A DNA stretch of 64,000 bases from Trichoplax adhaerens. Taxonomy: Eukaryota; Animalia; Placozoa. A model generated the notes under the pieces. It did not search any database and was not told the DNA's origin. It was given only the letters and a program-made list of their open reading frames with translations. Location of the stretch: the NCBI RefSeq assembly GCF_000150275.1, contig NW_002060943.1, positions 2,076,987 to 2,140,986 on the forward strand. Reading direction: 5' to 3'. Every line of letters starts with the position of its first letter. Position 1 is the first letter of the stretch. Made by a program: the position numbers and the translations under genes. Positions 12,499 through 25,928 of the stretch are shown in pieces.

Positions 12499-15400
12499 AT
12501 GGATAATCACCAACTTTCCAATTTAAACTTCGAGCCAGTGAGCTACTTTATAGGAAATGGATCGGAAAATACCGTGTTAAACGATTGGGATCCATTTGTT
12601 TGCTCTGTTGAAACTACATTTCAACTACCTTTAGCGAGCGAAGTAAACGATTTAGGTAAGTTTTTGGCAATATCAAGATTGAAAAATTCTCAGATTAAAC
12701 GTAGTGGCTAAGTTAGGAGATAAATGCTAGTATATTCCTGCCATTATAATTATTAAAGATGATCTGTCGCAAGCAGCCTCATAGTAAATATACTCTTTTT
12801 CAGTCAATTCTGCTGCATAGATAGATTTCATTTATACGCGCATTTCTATCGCATCATAGAAATTAAAATTCTTTCTAAGATTGATGCAAATACCATTATT
12901 GCAACAGCTGAATTTCCATTACCTTATTCAGTCAATAATAAGAAGGAAAAACTACTATTTGCACTAAGTTATAACCAAGAATAGAGTATCATAAAATTAT
13001 GTAACTTGGTTGATTTAGCTCTACTGCAGATTGTGTTGCATAAATCACTAGAGAATTTCAGTGTTTATGTCATGAAAGCTTTTTCTCTATTTCCAACATT
13101 TTTCTATGTCATAGTTGACCTTACTAATAACACGTGTTGACTGGACCAGTGAAGTCCGTAAATCATACGTGCTACAGAATGCGTCGAATATTTACGCTAT
13201 TGTTTATACGAAATATCAACATCAGTCTTGTAAGAAACTGTATGGAGTTTATATATACGATACCCTATACTATACTGTATTGTAGTCAACCACATGGAAA
13301 ACAATAGACAGTATCAGTGATAAGGGATCCTATTCAGTTGTCGTCACGTGGCGTTGATGTAGCGTTTGATATATGGAGACTAGACCTTTATGGTAAATTG
13401 CGATCCATTCTGCAACAATCGTTAATATGAAATTTTAACCGATCCAGATAGTGCAAATCTGAATGATCATGGAATTGGATATCCTAGTAGTGAGAAAGAG
13501 GAATATGCAATAAATGATGCTAAAAACGTGGAAAATACTACAAATCATAATTTACCTACCGCGGTAATGTCATCGTGTCCAAGTAGAATATTTCGTGCAA
13601 TTCCTTTTCCAGATTTCGATACATCCGTCTATAACGATCTGTCTGAGGATGAGTTGTTTAACCAGCTGAGGTATTTGGTAATGACAGGTGACAGACCAAA
13701 TGCTTCTGGAGTGTCGAAGGTAAGATCTGATATCCATAATATAAGAGAATGCTGTTAATCGAGTTTAGAGTGGATTTTTACATTCATACTAGACGTTAAT
13801 TGTACTGCCGCATATCACACATTGCTGAATCAGTTATTTTCCTTTACGAGAGAGCTCAGAAAAGATTATTACATTCATACTAGAGGTTAATTCTAGTTCT
13901 ATTTATTGCATATCACACATACAGTTAAATCAGCTATTTTTCTTTACGAGTAAGGAGAAGCTCTTAGCAGGGACTTCTCGATAAAAAATGATTTCTCAAA
14001 AATGAAAGAAAGAGAACAGCAGGAAACGAGTTCACAGTACAATGTCCTCACTTTTTTTCCATTTTTGAGGAATCATTTTTATCGAGAAGTCCCCTAACCT
14101 TAGTTTTTACTAGACGATAATTCTACCTCAATACATATCACAGAGTTGAATCGGTTATTTTCCCCTACGAGAGCTAGGAGGGGATTTTTATATTCATACT
14201 AGAGGTTAGTTTTAGTTTATATTGATAGGTAAATAATATTTTACAGCAATGCTGTTACCTGTATGATAATCATATATACACTACATATATAAGTTAATTC
14301 TGCAACAAATTAATCTATCAGAACAGTTGCTGAAATGATTGTAAATCATTTGCTAGATGTTTCATCAAATGCAATTTATACGTATATATGTATTAGGTCG
14401 CAATACTACAAGCTGCTATTCAATACATTTCGCAAGTATCTTACGGTAAGAAACCTATACACCTCATTTACACAATTCAACTAGTATGAGCAATCTACTT
14501 TAAGGCCCATTTTTCTATATCACTGAGCGGTTAAAGATAACTAGCTTGGAATAAAAAGGCTCAATTTATATTCATAGAAAAAGATCAAACTGCTGAAGAA
14601 AGTAATTTCAAACCTGCCATAAAAGCGTAAGATATTTTTTAAAAATTACTGTCCTAAAATAATGCTATAAAAATGAGAGACTATCTAAAATGAGAAAAAT
14701 GACTTATGATTTGGATGAATAAATTATAAAGTTAGATGTAAGGAGAAAATTGAATGTCATTACAATGCAAATGCATTAAAAATTTTCCAATTAATGTTTT
14801 AGTGATATCCAAAGTATTCTAGATGAAAGTCTACAGTACCCATATTGTGCTCAAGCTCAGGAATCAGGTTATGGTAGTCTAACTCCATCTATAAATAGCA
14901 ATCCATCTTCGGCTAGGGAAACTCCTGTTGACATAGAGGATACTGCAAATTTAGAAACTTTGAAGGAGCTGAATTCGATCAATTTTCCTGATGTAACTAG
15001 TATATTTAAGCATGACAGCAACGTTAAAAGCAAGATCGTTAAACCAAAAAGAAAATATCGTAAAAGGCAAGTAGTTGATAAAAAAGGTAATAGCTGTATT
15101 CGCACCGCACTTGATGATGAAACTGCAGGAGATGGGTGCAAACGAAAACATCGCACATATCAGAACCATAAGAAGAATACTCTACACCCTAAGAATTCAC
15201 TTGCTAGAATAAAGTATTTAAGGAATCAAGGAAGGAAAAAGATGAATGGGTGAACACAATAAGGATAATAATCATTCATAGTGAAATAGCAAAATAGCAA
15301 AAGATAATTGAAAATAGGGATGAGTCAATCTTAAGAATTTTTTCTTAAATTCTTTATCTTGGGCAGATATATGCTGTTTAGCAGAGTCATGCGGCCAAAA

Positions 15401-16226
15401 ATTAGGTCTTATCTACCTGAAATCCGTATGCCTGATTGCGTTTGTATGATGGCTAGACTGTGGAATGATTTACCAGAGCGCTATAAAGCACCTTTTAATG
15501 ATGCAGCCCTAAGAATTCGTTTAGATACTAAAATGAAAGTGCAGAAAGGGGTACGTGAAGGCGTCTCTACAACTTTGAAATTTAATTACATGGGTTATCC
15601 TCTAGCTTAATAATGAAAGATAACCAATTGAACACCGCCAATTACTTATTTTTATACGCTTTCATTCACAGATTGGGGAATTCCGCGCTAATAATAATAG
15701 AATTAATGAAATATTAAAACCCTATCTCGCCGATTCAGATCTTGTAAAAATGCTAGACAGACTTGCTAGTTGTTGCAAGCAGGATTGCGGTAAGTAGAGA
15801 AATGATTGCGTTTTTCTCTTACGTTTTAATAAAAAGAATTATAGATTATAAATTATACATTAATTTTTATTTGGTGTAAGTGCATTACTGAATACATTAT
15901 GTAAACATATCTTGTACGCATACAAGTAAAACTAAGGTTATTAGCCTATTTTCTCAAATATACTCTCATATCTTTATTATCGTCGTTGGAGCAGAGCATT
16001 TAAATTCTAGCATTATTGACGGATTACGCAACAAATCCGCTTAATAATTTAGCTTATAACAATTAAATTCTAATTACAATATTGCAAATTAGGTTACTAC
16101 GTATTAGCAGGAACAGAAATTGTGACTAGCTAGATTGATGCCATGACGTAGCAGAATTTATCATAGCTGCAGTATTTTTTTTTAGGAATGTTAATTTGTC
16201 ATGAATCTTTACTTGATTCTGAATAA
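12499..16226 (+). CDS. HLH + HMG-box protein (MEIOSIN/BHMG1- or STRA8-like architecture), 8 exons, 438 aa
   Basis: Exons 12499-12655, 13448-13719, 14397-14445, 14578-14626, 14803-15249, 15367-15550, 15672-15789 and 16186-16226 are all GT-AG with compatible phases and total 1317 nt. HLH: ELFNQLRYLV-loop-SK|VAILQAAIQYISQV. HMG box: RKKMNG|YMLFSRVMRPKIRSYLPEIRMPDCVCMMARLWNDLPERYKAPF. NLS-like KPKRKYRKR lies between them. Confidence 0.8.
13772..14210. repeat. Degenerate ~90-bp tandem repeat in intron 2 of the HLH-HMG gene
   Basis: Recurring unit ggatttttacattcatactaga(c/g)gttaatt...catatcaca...gaatc(a/g)gttatttt...tacgag starting near 13772, 13863, 14108 and 14182. Confidence 0.75.
13970..14093. 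mobile_element. MITE-like element (~124 bp) with ~40-45-bp imperfect terminal inverted repeats
   Basis: Left end gggacttctcgataaaaaatgatttctcaaaaatg matches the reverse complement of right end catttttgaggaatcatttttatcgagaagtccc; the element interrupts the tandem repeat. Confidence 0.65.
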
Positions 16227-17044
16227 CAAGTTTGCGGCAAGACTTTTAATTTCTGGTCGGCAGAAAATAAGTACCCTTGATGATCTCGTTTTGGTTATCA
16301 CAAGAAAACTATTTAAAAAGATAAATTTTTCCATATTTCTGGATGGTACAGTGAAGAATTTATAAAGCGTTATAACTTTAAGACTACCAAAGGCCACTTT
16401 ACACTTTTTGTTAGCAAATTTTAAAATTATAGAAACGGTTTACTTTCTAAAAGATACGCCTTGTTAGCAGTCTAGGTTACATATAGGTAGAATTGAAACA
16501 AGCTGACTTTCTGATATTGAAAAGCTCTCAGCGATATAATTTTTGTATTTTATGCATTTCGTAAATAATTTCAAGGTATCAGTATGACAGATGGAAGCAG
16601 TTCAATATATCTTTTGAAATATAATATTTTTTCTTTGCTACGAAATAAATAAAGTTATCTGGTGAATATAAAAGCGATATAAAAATTTCATTTGATCTTC
16701 TACTCATTTTCTTTTCTTAAAAGATTTCATAAAATATAGCATACAAGTATACGTATATTATACATTTGTACGCGAAATACTTGGAAAGTTACGAGCATTT
16801 ATACAATAATTAACGATTGTTTAACTGCCAGCTCTGTCGAAAACATAATCAGTATTATAGATGCTCCATATTACACGCGTAATGATTTGACTTTAATTAA
16901 GAACATTAACAATATTTGTATTTGATTAGTGCAATATACAGACTTTAGTAATATTTTAAGCCACGGCAGTCAAGCATTTTCGACATAGTACGTTATTCCA
17001 CTTTAGCTTAGTGTAACTTGGAAGAGGAGATTCCAGCTCAATCA

Positions 17045-20000
17045 TTACGTTCTCTTCAAAACTCGATCAAGCTGGTTTACAAAATTCGAAAGTTAGTGCG
17101 AAATAATTTTACATGCGATTAATTAGAAAAGCTTATTATTCATACCTCTTTAGGACTGAATTGTAGAATAGTTGCAATAGCTTTAACTATTTGCAGTTTG
17201 CTTATAGGATTATCGGCCTCCATATAATGAAGGACGATATTTTTAAGATATTCTAAATTGGCCGTCTCACGAGATCTGTATCGCAGCAATGAAATACCAA
17301 AATTGTCATCATAGCATCTAATTACAATAACTGCCAATTATGCTATACTATTATATCACTAACTTATCTCGTTCCAGTTTTCTAATTTCCTCCTTTAAGG
17401 CTTTACATAAATCTAAGTGAGTTTGTTCTCTGAATAACAGAATGGCATTTCCAAATGAGGAAATAAGACAGTATTTATCTCTTTAGGAAGATATAAATTC
17501 TTACCTTTTTGCTAAATCTCGCATTTCCTCCTCTAGTTCAAATTTTGACTTCCTCAAAGAAGTCAATTCGATTTCTACCTTAGCCTGTTCTTGTTGATAA
17601 TGTAACAAGATTCCATCTCGACTTGATACCTAATTTAACGCACCGATGATAGTAGAAGTTGTTATCTACAAGCTCTAAACAGAGCCCACTTTAAAAATAA
17701 AGATATAACTTAAAAGATTCTTACTGTAGCGGTAGCAGGCATAGACAGCAGTCTATTTACCGCATCCTCCGTGACCTCGCCGCTGAACTAATAAATAGAA
17801 TATTTGTACATTTATTCTCAATGAAAGCAACCAAAAGTCCTATAATGTAACCAAAACCATCTACAATGCTTATCTACGTACAAGATGACTCCCTTCAAAT
17901 GATACCGTTCTATTCATACTTTCTGTAAAAGATTGTAGATTTTGTATCAAATTTGGCTCTTAACATTTAACGACGTTAAAGTATCAAGAATTCCGAGATT
18001 GGCAGAATACCTTTAGAATCAGCTAATATGTCACGTGAATATCGGCGAGATATTCTGCTTGGTATTGGCAATAAATAGTCGGTGCTGCCAGTTAAAAATA
18101 TATTGTACATGATATTTTAATGATTTTGCTACTAAAGTGGCTGTGCCTATCAGACGGCGGTATATAATAAAAAAGGTAAATAATCATCGAAACCTATAAC
18201 TGGTTTGAAGGGCGCTGTTGCCGAGGCTACCATTAGTATTTGTATTGGTCTTTAACTGATCGACCTCTGCTTCCTTATCCGCTAACAATTCAATAGTTCG
18301 TTCACGTTGTCTTTGCATTTGCTTTCTTGCTTCGTCAAGTTTCGCCTGAATACGTAAGCCAGTAAAGTGAATTATGGCATTAAAAATTTTTAGAGCTATA
18401 CTACCCAAAAGAGAACTCCTACCAATGATTCGCTTTTTATCTTGTTAATATCATTATCAAACTTTCCCTGCATATCTTTGATTTCAACTTTAAAATAATT
18501 TATCTGCAGTATGTAAGTTAATTAGTAATTCAATTATATAGAAGGCAAAATCGTACTTCCGTAAATATTGCTATACCGATTCTTTATATTCCTTTTCTTT
18601 TCCTTCAAACCAGCTTCTCTCCGAAATAAGCTTGTTGTTTAGTTCTACAACCTGACGCTGCAAGCTACGATATTCCTTAATATTGAGATCCTGTGAAGGA
18701 AAGATATTTACTGTTTAATACAGAGGATGTTCTATTAACTTATGTACGTATACGAGGGTAAAATTTTACCTGGCTTCTGCTTTTCGCATGTAATTGAGTT
18801 TGAGACTTAAATTTCTCAAAATCTTCCTTAACCTGAGCTAGTTCTCGCTTACACAACTATTTTGAGAATTAATATTATACTGTATCAGATTTTACGGGAA
18901 ATACGCTCGTATATATAATTACTGTATTAATACCTGATAAGCTAATTGTGGATCTTCTACTTCCTCATCTACGCATAGCAAATTCCCCAATAGATTGTCA
19001 AGGTTTATAATTAGACCGATTGATGGCAAAATACTAGTAATGGCGCTCTAGCATACAGAAACAGTAGTAGAATATTATGTCTTACGTGATGAGGCTTGAT
19101 TACGTTGGTTTGCTTCAAGGCTTTCGTCCTGTAGTATGAAGATTTTATTATTATTTATAATTATAATTATTGACAGTTACTTTGTTAAAACGATTCAACA
19201 AAATAAGCTCACAGGTTGTTGATATGGAGTATTCGATTCCTTTTGTGATAATTTTTGATACCTAATTTTAGAAATAGAAAATGTGATGTTACGAAAACTT
19301 ACATGTTTCCTAGACTATTTTAGAATGGGATAAACTTACTCCAGTTGTTGGCTGACTTTGGTGGATGTCTCTGTTAAGGATGTATTCTCAACATTTAACT
19401 GCAATACCTTTTCCTTCAAGCGTCTAAAAGTTAATTTGATCTAAAATATAATTAAGCTGCCAACTACCGTAATTATAATCATTTCTAGTGATTTACAGTA
19501 CTGTAGTACAATATAGCATCACGTTATGCGCATATTACTATTTTCTACCTAATTGTAATTTGATCTCGTTCTTTTTCGCGCTCAGATACTCCAATTAAAT
19601 CTGATAATTCTGAAACTTTTCTTTCTAAATCTGCTACTCTGTACTCGTCTCTGTGTGCCATATCACGAATTCGATTCTTAGAGTCTTGCAAACGCTGTTG
19701 TTCATTGGCTAACTCTTCCATATGCTGAGCCTTAGAATATACATATATTGATATATGACAGTCATTAAAGTTGCTTTCTAGATCATTATCGAGTGCATCA
19801 ATGAAAACAAATAAACAACAAATTTACCCTAAGTTCATCAAGGTCCTGTTGTAATTTCGTTTCTGCAGCAGTCGGTTGGTTTTTATATTTTTCGAGCTCA
19901 TTAATCTTAGTCTCCGCATTCTTGGTACATATGAATGTATTAGGTAATCATTCAGTTAGTCATCCAACATATTAAAACGCGATAACAACCTAATATGTAT

Positions 20001-22685
20001 CTCTTTAAATATATTTAGTGATATTTTGGAATGGATAGTATAATACAATACCTATAGCACATAGTCTTTAATTAGCAAAATCGATATTTTAACTTATCAA
20101 TATACCTTAAGATCACTACCCAGTGTAGTTACAGATTGCTCTAATTTTGTGATACTACAAAATTGTTAACAAGAACTTCCGTTGTCATTCACGAATAGAT
20201 AGTATTAAACGACATAAACAATTTTTGATTACGTTTCATCTTTTGAATCTTTCATTACAGTTAGTTGATTCTCTAGGTGTTCAATCTATAAGTAAAATTT
20301 TAGAACAGCACTATTAAAATGGCATTTGAAATTTCATGGTAGAGTAATAATATGGAAGAGATAGTTTAGTTATCACATTTAGCTGTGCTTAGTACTGAAT
20401 TACGTTTCGAAAACTGTCTATCAGGCAATTTATATAAGGGCTTATATGACGTCCAAGAGAAGTCTTTTACCTGTTTTTTCTGTTCATCTTTTATCTGGCG
20501 TTCATTTTCAAGTATTTGCTGTAGTTCCTTTATTACTTCTGTATGCGTAATCATTTCTTCATCCCGTTCTTGAAGTGTTTGCTTTAAGCGTTGTCGTACC
20601 TACACGCAGTAAGAGTATAGGTTGTAGCAACATTTTATCCAAGTAAGATAATCTAAAAAGTCTAGTTGAAACTTTATTTAGGGATTATAATACTATATAG
20701 ATACAACATAGAGAATCATTGGCATTGGCATTGCGAAATAACCACGTACTTCGTGTAATTGATCTTCTACATGACTAATATGCTTATCCTTTTCTTCTAC
20801 GACTCTATTGCATTCTTCAGTTTTTTGTTCCATTTCACGCTGCGTAAGCAATATAAAATAATTTGGCTAAGTAAACTCGATTGTGCTACAGTTAGAATTA
20901 AATCTATAAACTGCAATTTATCTGTAATAATATACCAATAGCAGCTTTTTATCAGCTTGAAAACGAGCAGATATTTTCGCTTTCTCTTCAGAAACAGTTA
21001 CTAATGATGAACTTAATGTTGCTAACTGTTCAGATAGCTTTGTAACCTCAGATTTTGGAACTACATCACCGTCCACCTTGATGAATATAATAATATTTTA
21101 GATCAAAGCTGTTGTAGTAAGCTCTAGACAATTTAATATAATGCTGTACATTGAAAGGTATTGAGTAATCGATGTTGTGCAATATCTCACTTGTAGGCGA
21201 TATAGATTATTATTAGGAATAGTTCAATACATACTGAATTGAACGTGATGCAATAATATCTAACTCCTATATTATACACTTGGATAATGTCTATTGAGCT
21301 TGCCTTATTTCCTCTTGGAGTTATGCTTTCTTCACTGTCGTTAAGGATACCATCGATTTCGTCTTCATTACCTTTTGCTATTTCTTGATCGCTAGCTTCC
21401 TCCGAAGTCGGAGTCATTTGCTGTCTCTCATTATGTCGATGACTGAGGACTTTAACTGAACGTTCGAGAGCCTCTTTTTCCTTGGCTAAACTTTTGTATG
21501 CCCGAATTACATCTAGAAAATGGAACAGACCAGAAATGATCATTACATAAAGTAAGAATATTTTCGTGTTCCGGTCATAATTTATTTATTTAAAATACGT
21601 CTATTGTAGATGACTTTGCTAGTAATAATATCGACCATAAGCAATGTTTGGATAAGCCATTGAAAACAGTACAATACACGTATACCTTTTAATTTGATGT
21701 TAGTAAGGTGGATTGATTTAATTTAATAGCGAGCTATACAGTACTGATACAGTAGTTATTGAAGTCAAAGAGCTGTGTCCATTTCTTTACTTTACATTGA
21801 ATCGAGTATTAGATTATGGTAACAAATTTATCCTACTAGCAGTAGATATATAAATAAAGTTTTAAACGATTGGCTTTGTATTTTCATTGAAATAAGTGAC
21901 TTATGTTGATCTTTAATGACAGTAAACTGTCAAGATGAGCAAAGACGAGTAAAATTCATGATGTAGTGTACTGTATATCACCCATAACTTTATATCTGGA
22001 TGCGTTGTACTATAGTTATGGAATACAGTACATTCAATAGGTTATGTAGCGACGACAGTCTACTAAACAGTTTAGCAGTTTGTAAAACTGTCTTGAGCAT
22101 TAAAAGATGGAACCTATAGGTAACATATGAATGGATTTAATGAAATTATGATATGATTATAATGGTTGTTAGATACTGTAAACGACTTCGTAGTGATTGA
22201 ATTTAGTCAGGTTGCTGAATCGTCAACCTGATTGGTGCTAAAGAGGCTCTCTATCGGTAACACTTATGCAATTGTTAGGTGATCCAAATTCATAAAAAAC
22301 ATAACTGCATCCACAGTATCGAATACACCTCTACTAGTTGACTATGGTTGGAGCTTATTACTATAGTATAGCAATAAGCCATACGATTAGATTGCAATAA
22401 GCCCCCCTAAAAAATATGTTCAATACTGTCAATACTATCCAGTATACGCGTCGAAATGGAGTATTCCCGTACTAACAAATCATAACAATCCTTAATGATA
22501 TCCTAGATAAGAATCACAGCTATCAAAATTGATATAGAATTTAATGTTGATTATCGATCGATATTGTTATTATAGTTGATACCTCGAAGTCTAGATTCAT
22601 AACGAGATATTTGCTCCTTTTGCTCATCGATGTAATCCAACAGCTTGTCTGTAGAATTGCTATTATTCATAAAACCTTGGAACAT
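17045..22685 (-). CDS. GCC1: GRIP and coiled-coil domain-containing protein 1 (golgin GCC88), multi-exon
   Basis: N-terminus DKLLDYIDEQKEQISRYESRLR|DVIRAYKSLAKEKEALERSVKVLS matches the GCC1 N-terminal motif. Many coiled-coil exons follow, ending in the GRIP domain SRETANLEYLKNIVLHYM...KAIATILQFSPKE|LDRVLKRT*. Internal exons were not all resolved. Confidence 0.88.
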
Positions 22686-23777
22686 AATGCCAGGCTTTGA
22701 ATGATTCACGTCTATACTTGTGATCGAGTGTAAAGAAGAAATAGAAGCATGGATAAACACTACTACACTACATAAAGCAGTGCCTATTACAAATCATGAA
22801 GGAGAACGATTGAAGATTAGGCCAGTAGCAGCGATATCAAGTAGAAATTTCAATTCATGCCTGTTGCCAGTTGGCCATTTTGATTCGAAAATGGATTATA
22901 GACCAATATCAACAAGGCCCATATTGCGTGTATTGTACAGTACGGTGGACAAGCACTGTATTACAGTACTGCCCAGTACCGTGTTTTGCGCACTAACTCA
23001 GTCCACCGTCGTGTCCAGGAATTTCATAGTGAACCTTAGGCTACAGTGCAAGGTACTGTCATTTACAGTACAGTACTCCTGGACTACAAAAGTACTGTAA
23101 GCTTAACTGGGTTGAACACGGGAGGCAGACAATTTCTGCACCATGATTATTTCAAGCCTTGCAAAAATGAGCAAAATGGCTGTCACCCTTAGCCTTCATT
23201 TCAGGTTGTGCATGCAGAAGTGGCATCCATGGACTGCGAGATGCACCGCTAGTCCATGCTACTAATATCTTAATGACTTACTGTAATACCCTGTGGAAAA
23301 TGTCATTTTAATGTATTCCGAGGTCAACCTGATGTGCAATAGCCACAGGCAATTCTACCGTTGCAGTGATTCATGATTAGCAGAAATCTTGTGACTGCAT
23401 CAGATCTCCGACAGTCATGACATGACTTTTGCCGGCTTTTCGTACCAGTTGAATTTGGACTGTATCACCAGAGTGTCAATAACTATACTGTATTTCTTTC
23501 TTTTACCTTACCTTGCTTGTATCAACGTCATTCATACAGTAAGAGTATAGCAGCCTTCACCAGGTGAAAAGTGCTCATTTAAATGGCAAAGATCGCTATA
23601 GGATTGAGTGCTCGCCATTATTAACTACTGCAAAGGCATCCATATCATAAAGTAGAGATAGACTACCATCTAAGAGAAGGGTTGATTCTTATTTATAAGT
23701 GGTATGATTGCAATTATTACAAAACTCAGTACCATAGTCTATTACTGTATACGAGAGTCGACTAGCATAATATCAAT

Positions 23778-24530
23778 ATGTCTGAGCAATTGAAGGAAAC
23801 TAAATTACCCATCGATCAAAGTAGCGATCAAAATATCATCTTTCAACCTGTAACACTGTCTGGTAATTACCTAAAAGACACGACTTCAACCCTGGAATAT
23901 GTCTATTTTGCAATAAGCTGGCTGTTATACAATTATCGCAGCGATTGCATCAATAAGCTCTCTTTTAATTCAGTCAATTTATTTACCAAAGATGGCCTGC
24001 CAAAGGGTAGTTTTGACACCACCAAGATCGAAAATTGGAATTCTTGTCATTTACACAGGCAATGGAAGGAGCATCATCAGTCGTTTGCTTGTACTGGTGT
24101 ATTCGTTTTTGCAATCTTAACTGCTGATGTTCAAATTCTACCTGTAAATAAACCTGATTCAACGAGTCACAATGGTCCTAATTGTGTTGACCATCGCATT
24201 TATACTTCTTCTATCCTTTTATCCGTATTTAATCACTTCATGCTGGAAGGCCGTAATTCCACCGCTATCCAGGTCGAAATGGAAAATTCCCTCCTAACTT
24301 TAGCCAAAGGAGATGCAATATGTATTTATTTCTCCTTTGGATGCTCGTCACAGTTGATAGAGGTGATAGCTATTGATGCGTTGTTCATTAGAATGAATTC
24401 ATTATTATTAAATGGTAGCCTTTTTAGCGAATACCACAATAACGTCACTACTACGGTACGAATAATAATATTCGTATATTGTACGTTATATGCAAACCTT
24501 ATAGAATACACTACCGAAGTTAATAACTGA
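23778..24530 (+). CDS. Orphan 250-aa ORF, possibly the intact part of a decayed longer gene
   Basis: Long ATG-initiated ORF in AT-rich DNA with no recognisable motif; protein-like fragments in shifting frames continue to about 25500. Confidence 0.3.
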   Translation: MSEQLKETKLPIDQSSDQNIIFQPVTLSGNYLKDTTSTLEYVYFAISWLLYNYRSDCINKLSFNSVNLFTKDGLPKGSFDTTKIENWNSCHLHRQWKEHHQSFACTGVFVFAILTADVQILPVNKPDSTSHNGPNCVDHRIYTSSILLSVFNHFMLEGRNSTAIQVEMENSLLTLAKGDAICIYFSFGCSSQLIEVIAIDALFIRMNSLLLNGSLFSEYHNNVTTTVRIIIFVYCTLYANLIEYTTEVNN

Positions 24531-25928
24531 ATACAGCAATGAAGTTCCCAAACCGAAAAACATTTCTGCTTTAACCAATTTAGAATCCAACTTGGTTTGA
24601 TGATAGCAACTTCGTAATTCATGATTATCGAATATCGAATCGCTTCATACTTGATTATTATTATTGTAATCCTTTCTCAAAGCCTTGCTTCATATCATTC
24701 TATTGAACTTATTATGGTATAGGCACGCTTCATATTTAAGGATCAAATTCAAATGCAAGTTCGAAACCTGGCTAACGAGATAGTTAATTACAGATCGAGT
24801 CAAAGTGAGGTAAAGATCAATGTTGCATTTTACTTACAGATTAACAAACTCTAGATTTAGCCCAGCTAGAGGAGCTAATGAACAATAGACTGTTATCTAC
24901 GTAAACTTAATAGACGACGTATTACGGTATTTTCCATTCAATCCGTTGTTCACAATCATAGCAATAATACAAGTTCTACTCTTAGGCGGATTTAAATCAA
25001 ATGCATAATGAAGACGAAGTAGAAAAAAGGATCAATAGTTTTGCCAAGAAAATGGTAGCATTGTATAGATCATTAATTGATAGCTACGTTTAGCCGTGCC
25101 AGAATATTAAGTCATACATTTATTGAAGGGCTTTCATTGCTTTATTGCTTTTTGAAGGGTGGTTTACCAAATGGAGTCACGAAACCCATAGCTTCATTTG
25201 TTAAGAATAAAGAATATAAAAGCGTTCTGACAAGTATTGTAAGTTTTGTTACCAACTTGGTGTTGGCTAAAGTTTTACTCAAGTTAAACAATGCCTTTTC
25301 TTCATGTAGGTAGACACTGCATCGCCACCGATATTGGTTAAACCACTACTAAAGTATTTAATTAGTAAACTGTAAAGGAATCTCACTAATAAGTAATTCA
25401 ATTAATTGCTACCGTCGTCGTGATAGAATCAACTCTTTTTACTGCAATCGAGCGAGATAAAATCATGTCATTTGCAATGAAGAAATAATTTAGAACTACT
25501 AATCTAACACCTTAAATAATGCCTTTACTGGCTACTTTATGAACCGCTGAAAAAGATCAACATAAAATAGATTTCGTGTTATCTCAGGCAATAAAGTAAC
25601 ACCTTTTGCCAATGACATGAACTTTTATAGTTCATTAATCATTTCGTGATTGTTGTGTAAATAACTATAATACTGCACGTTGCAGTAGTACCATCGATGA
25701 AGCACTAGATTGATAGTTGGATAAACAAATTTTTATTCAGCATAATTTTAAACAGTCTTAACACAACGTCCTGTTAGTAGGTTTCGGGAATGCTAACGTT
25801 ACAAGGAACAGGTGTACATTACATTTGAAAGCGATAATTTGATAGTTAGCTAAAGCAGCTTATGTTATTACAAGTGCTCAATCTAAAGGTATACTATACT
25901 CGCAAAATACTAAATTTGGGAGGATCTT

